Of a DNA stretch of 22,096 bases, positions 18,817 to 22,096 are shown piece after piece (positions within the stretch are counted from its first letter, which is position 1; every line of letters starts with the position of its first letter). Source of the DNA: Candidatus Heimdallarchaeota archaeon (GTDB taxonomy: Archaea > Asgardarchaeota > Wukongarchaeia > Wukongarchaeales > JBHIFL01); the NCBI GenBank assembly GCA_046761065.1, contig JBHIFL010000067.1:1-22096 (forward strand), written 5' to 3'. The position numbers and the translations under genes are program-made. The notes beneath the pieces were generated by a model. The model was not told where the DNA came from. It saw nothing but the letters and a program-made list of their open reading frames with translations, and searched no databases.

Positions 18817-19774
18817 CTGACTGTTATCGAAACAAAGGCAAAATAACTGAAAATACTACATTAATCGATATTGGACTGTTGAATGTTACTGGTGTAACTG
18901 CTGTCTATCTAATAGAAGGGAAGAAAACGTGCCTTATTGATGGAGGAACTCGTACCGACGCTTCCCGTTTGATTAAAACGCCAAGGAATTAAACATCTTC
19001 CCTCCGGATATGATTATCGTCGCACATTCCCATTAGGATCACACCCAAGCTATCCCTGTGATGCGGAAAAAGGCGGCAATGAAGCAGTAACATATCGATG
19101 TAATGGCTTCTGAAATTGCGATCTCATTCCTCGAGGATCAATCCTTCAATAAAGTCTTTCATGAAAAGAAGCATTTTGAAAATATTACAGATGTGACTCC
19201 ACTTAAAAAGGGGAGACGATCGATTTAGGAGGAATCTCCCTAAAGATCTTAGATGTTCCCGGGCATATGAAGGATCACATTGCAATTCTTGATGAAATGA
19301 CTAAAAATGCCTTTGTTGGTGATGCTCTTGGCTATAAAGTTGGAGATCAGGCTATTACCTCCTTCATTTATGTCTTCTTATTGAGATCGAGACGCGTTTT
19401 ATACTTCAATAACTAAATTAAAGCAAATTGAGTATACTAGCCTTTGCTTGGCACATTTTGGCTATAATTGTGGGGATAAGGCTAAAACGGCTTTAAATGA
19501 GGCTATTTCGACGTATAAACGGTGGTGGCAGCTCTTCGACAATAATGTTGATATGTTAGACAATATTGATTATATGATAGAAACAATCGTAAAAGAAACA
19601 AACCCTGTCTATCCAGAATTTAAGATCCTCTCTAAACAGCTCAAAGTACTATATGGACTACTGGTGGGTTGGAAGAAATTAACTTGCAAGAGGTCTCCAC
19701 CTATTGGGGGACTTTTGGTGCATCAAACAGTCGAATGGTTAGTTAATGGCTATAAAATTTCTAAAAACCTTTGA
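18817..19774 (+). pseudogene. Metallo-beta-lactamase-fold hydrolase, disrupted
   Basis: ENTTLIDIG...VYLIEGKKTCLIDGGT / PPDMIIVAHSH*DHTQ / DVPGHMKDHIAILDE...FVGDALG / LCLAHFG. There are multiple stops and frameshifts, and the start codon appears lost after ggaggg. Confidence 0.88.
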
Positions 19775-19834
19775 GAAAATAGATTTTCCATCCGATTCTG
19801 TTGGGATCAAGGGCTTTTCGCTGGATTATTCAGT

Positions 19835-20827
19835 TCATAGGAAGCCATAGATGGTTCTCAATGCTTCAATACCTTTTACTTCTTGTGGTAGTAAGGGCAC
19901 TATCGTTAACATTCCATTGTATTTCTTGGAGAGCTGGTCCAAGTAGGAGCGTTGCACTTGATACCTGGAGTCTAAGAACTCAGAATGCCCTATTGTCTCA
20001 CCTGGAATAACATTATTCACGACAATATGTCTTATGCTAATCCCGTAGTCGTTCAGCTCTTTCACGACACGATCGGTTTGCGACACGCCTAACCCTTCGG
20101 GTATCGTGATAACCACAAATTCCATCAGGTCTGCGTTTCGCATGGTGGCCATTACTTGATCTGCCAAGTCCTTCCATTGATTGATGATATCCAGAGCGCT
20201 CCGCTTCCTTTTGCGCCGGAATTTCTCACTTAATCGCTCAAAATAGGAGCGCATCCTGATATATAGGCTTGCGGCATCTGTTAAATGGTCATAAAAGCGG
20301 CTTTCCAGTTTTAATAGGCTCAGCGTGGCTCCAGCAGGAGCGGTATCCCAAATGATTTTGTCAAATTTTCCCATTTCATATAAGTCAAGCAGATATGCCA
20401 GCATGAATTGTTCATCTGCAATCCCTGGCGCTTCACTAATATAATCTACGATATCTCGACTTACAGGCAAATAAGACTGTACGACCTCATAAATCTCGTC
20501 CCCAAATCGCTCTTTCCACGCGCGGACAATCTCATTGCGTTTCATCTCGTGACCTTGGAGGTGTTTCACTCCTGTGATTGGAGTTATCTTCAAGCCGAGC
20601 TCCTGTTCGAAGATATCCGAAAGCGAAGGGGTGGGGTCTGAGGATACAATTAAAGTTTCTTGCGCTTCATGCTCCGCAAAATAGAGGGCGAGCGCCGAGG
20701 CAGTGGTCGTCTTGCCAACGCCCCCCTTTCCTCCCGTCGCGATAATACGTTTCTTTTGGAATTCTTTGTCCGAAAGTAGCTTTCTGGAAGACAAGGTATT
20801 CTGTTGAGCTATGTCTTTCTCCTGCAT
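19835..20827 (-). CDS. Single-domain ArsA/Get3(TRC40) family ATPase
   Basis: GGKGGVGKTT, SSDPTPSLSD, APG, WDTAPAG, ITIPE, IVVNNV and EVKGIEAL. ATG 20827 is preferred over TTG 20893. Confidence 0.9.
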   Translation of the reverse strand: MQEKDIAQQNTLSSRKLLSDKEFQKKRIIATGGKGGVGKTTTASALALYFAEHEAQETLIVSSDPTPSLSDIFEQELGLKITPITGVKHLQGHEMKRNEIVRAWKERFGDEIYEVVQSYLPVSRDIVDYISEAPGIADEQFMLAYLLDLYEMGKFDKIIWDTAPAGATLSLLKLESRFYDHLTDAASLYIRMRSYFERLSEKFRRKRKRSALDIINQWKDLADQVMATMRNADLMEFVVITIPEGLGVSQTDRVVKELNDYGISIRHIVVNNVIPGETIGHSEFLDSRYQVQRSYLDQLSKKYNGMLTIVPLLPQEVKGIEALRTIYGFL

Positions 20828-20929
20828 TATCGTTGCCCTCTTGTCTTCACAGTGAATCCATAATAAGACTTTCTTTGATTGCGTAAAAACCAACTACACC
20901 AACAGGAATTCCTTTTGAATATATTGTGC

Positions 20930-22012
20930 CTATCGGAGTTTCCCTCGTGCGGAAATATCCCATACCGCTTTAAGAGTGCCTTTTTGGATGACCCAGAACT
21001 GGTCATAAAGATTCACAGTCGTACAGCTGTGGGACGGAATAATTTCAACTTTATCTCCTATAGAAAGCGGTGCACCGTTAATCCGTTCGAGAATGCCGTG
21101 TTCTTCATTCATCCAGACCAGTCTCCAGCCCTCCGGGTGAAGAACCTTGGGTATCCCGTTATCTTGAGTCATACTCTTCGACCCGGCATCAATTACTGCT
21201 CTATTCGGCCTTGGAGTGCTGATTACTGTGGTTAGGATTGTCAGGGCATACTCGAAATCTGGCATAACCCGGCGGTATTTTGTGTCCATGAAGACGTAAC
21301 TCCCCGGTCTGATCTCGGTGATACCTGGATATCGACCTGTGATGGCATATGTACAGGTTCCGCCACTACTTACGACTTCAACGGGAATTCCGTTCTTTTC
21401 GATCAATTCTTTCGTTTGGATAGCAAGTTCGATGCTTTTCTCGGTTTCACATTTACGCTCATCCGGATCTGAAAGCTTACCAACATGACCTTCATAGAAT
21501 TCTATGCCATCAAACACCAGTCTTCTGCTTGCCATAACTGTACGTACTAACTCGAGGGCAGGTTCTCCAGGCTGCACTCCACAACGATGTAAACCAACAT
21601 CGAGTTCAACAAGCACATGTAACTCCGTCTTTCTAGTTTTTGCAGCAGCTGCAAGCTCTTTTACGTTGGTTGGGTCGTCAACAATTACCCTCACGAAATT
21701 TTCACTTGTAAGATCAAGGAGACGAGCAATCTTTCGCTTTCCAACAATCTGATTCGCAATCAGGATGTCATTTATCCTGGCTTTTGCCATAACTTCTGCT
21801 TCTCCTACTTTTGCGCATGTTATCCCAACTGCTCCGGCGTCGAGTTGTTTTTTTGCTAAAATTGGGCATTTATGTGTCTTGATGTGAGGACGTAAGGTCG
21901 TTTGTACGGAGTTAGCCATTTTCATAAGATTTCTATCCAAGATGTCTAGATTGATTACAAGACACGGTGTGTCGAGCTCCTCCTTAGTCATATCACGTAT
22001 CTTTGCATTCAT
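20930..22012 (-). CDS. D-threonine aldolase / D-serine dehydratase (DSD1)-like PLP enzyme, alanine-racemase fold
   Basis: LDTP, LRPHIKTHKC (PLP Lys), CAKVGEAE, RCGV, YEGH, SGGTCT, EIRPGSYVFMD, DAGSK, NEEHG and PSHSCTTVNL. The start is uncertain because the ORF is open to 22066. Confidence 0.92.
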   Translation of the reverse strand: MNAKIRDMTKEELDTPCLVINLDILDRNLMKMANSVQTTLRPHIKTHKCPILAKKQLDAGAVGITCAKVGEAEVMAKARINDILIANQIVGKRKIARLLDLTSENFVRVIVDDPTNVKELAAAAKTRKTELHVLVELDVGLHRCGVQPGEPALELVRTVMASRRLVFDGIEFYEGHVGKLSDPDERKCETEKSIELAIQTKELIEKNGIPVEVVSSGGTCTYAITGRYPGITEIRPGSYVFMDTKYRRVMPDFEYALTILTTVISTPRPNRAVIDAGSKSMTQDNGIPKVLHPEGWRLVWMNEEHGILERINGAPLSIGDKVEIIPSHSCTTVNLYDQFWVIQKGTLKAVWDISARGKLR

Positions 22013-22096
22013 TACAGACCATCTCGCATGAAAATTCTTGATCATCTCATGAGAACGCCTTATCACATTTTCTGTTTCGCTTAAGTTACGTTTAAT

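Noticed and set aside
701-19774. Alternative genetic code (stop reassignment) explaining the in-frame stops
   Set aside because: TAA, TAG and TGA all appear as internal stops replacing different residues. All three also terminate intact genes, and many affected genes have frameshifts as well.
140-21752. Short antisense or alternate-frame ORFs in the track (e.g. 140..553, 801..1028, 1707..2009, 4768..5064, 16916..17197, 17952..18293, 20879..21235)
   Set aside because: They are shadows of better-supported genes or pseudogenes.

Overview
Archaeal chromosomal window. Evidence is carS (CDP-archaeol synthase), an archaeal dephospho-CoA-kinase-like ATPase, GGAGG/GGTG ribosome-binding sites and TATA-like boxes. 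An Asgard-type origin is a plausible but unproven inference. The first ~5.5 kb is a toxin-antitoxin-rich islet: a decayed nuclease-like toxin plus DUF2283, a frameshifted HEPN plus intact MNT, and an intact RHH plus PIN pair, all around an intact Hrq1/MrfA-type DUF1998 helicase. The remainder encodes thyX, a hydantoinase/oxoprolinase A+B pair, carS, a P-loop kinase, a Cys-free ArsA/Get3 ATPase and a D-threonine-aldolase-family PLP enzyme. About ten recognisable pseudogenes, mostly missed or fragmented in the ORF track, alternate with long lesion-free genes. The most unusual items are: (1) a small stand-alone six-CxxC protein whose cysteine spacing closely matches my recollection of the eukaryotic Siva zinc-binding C-terminus; (2) toxin-selective decay of the TA modules; (3) a potentially switchable structured leader upstream of carS. 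No rRNA, tRNA, CRISPR array or transposase was seen.
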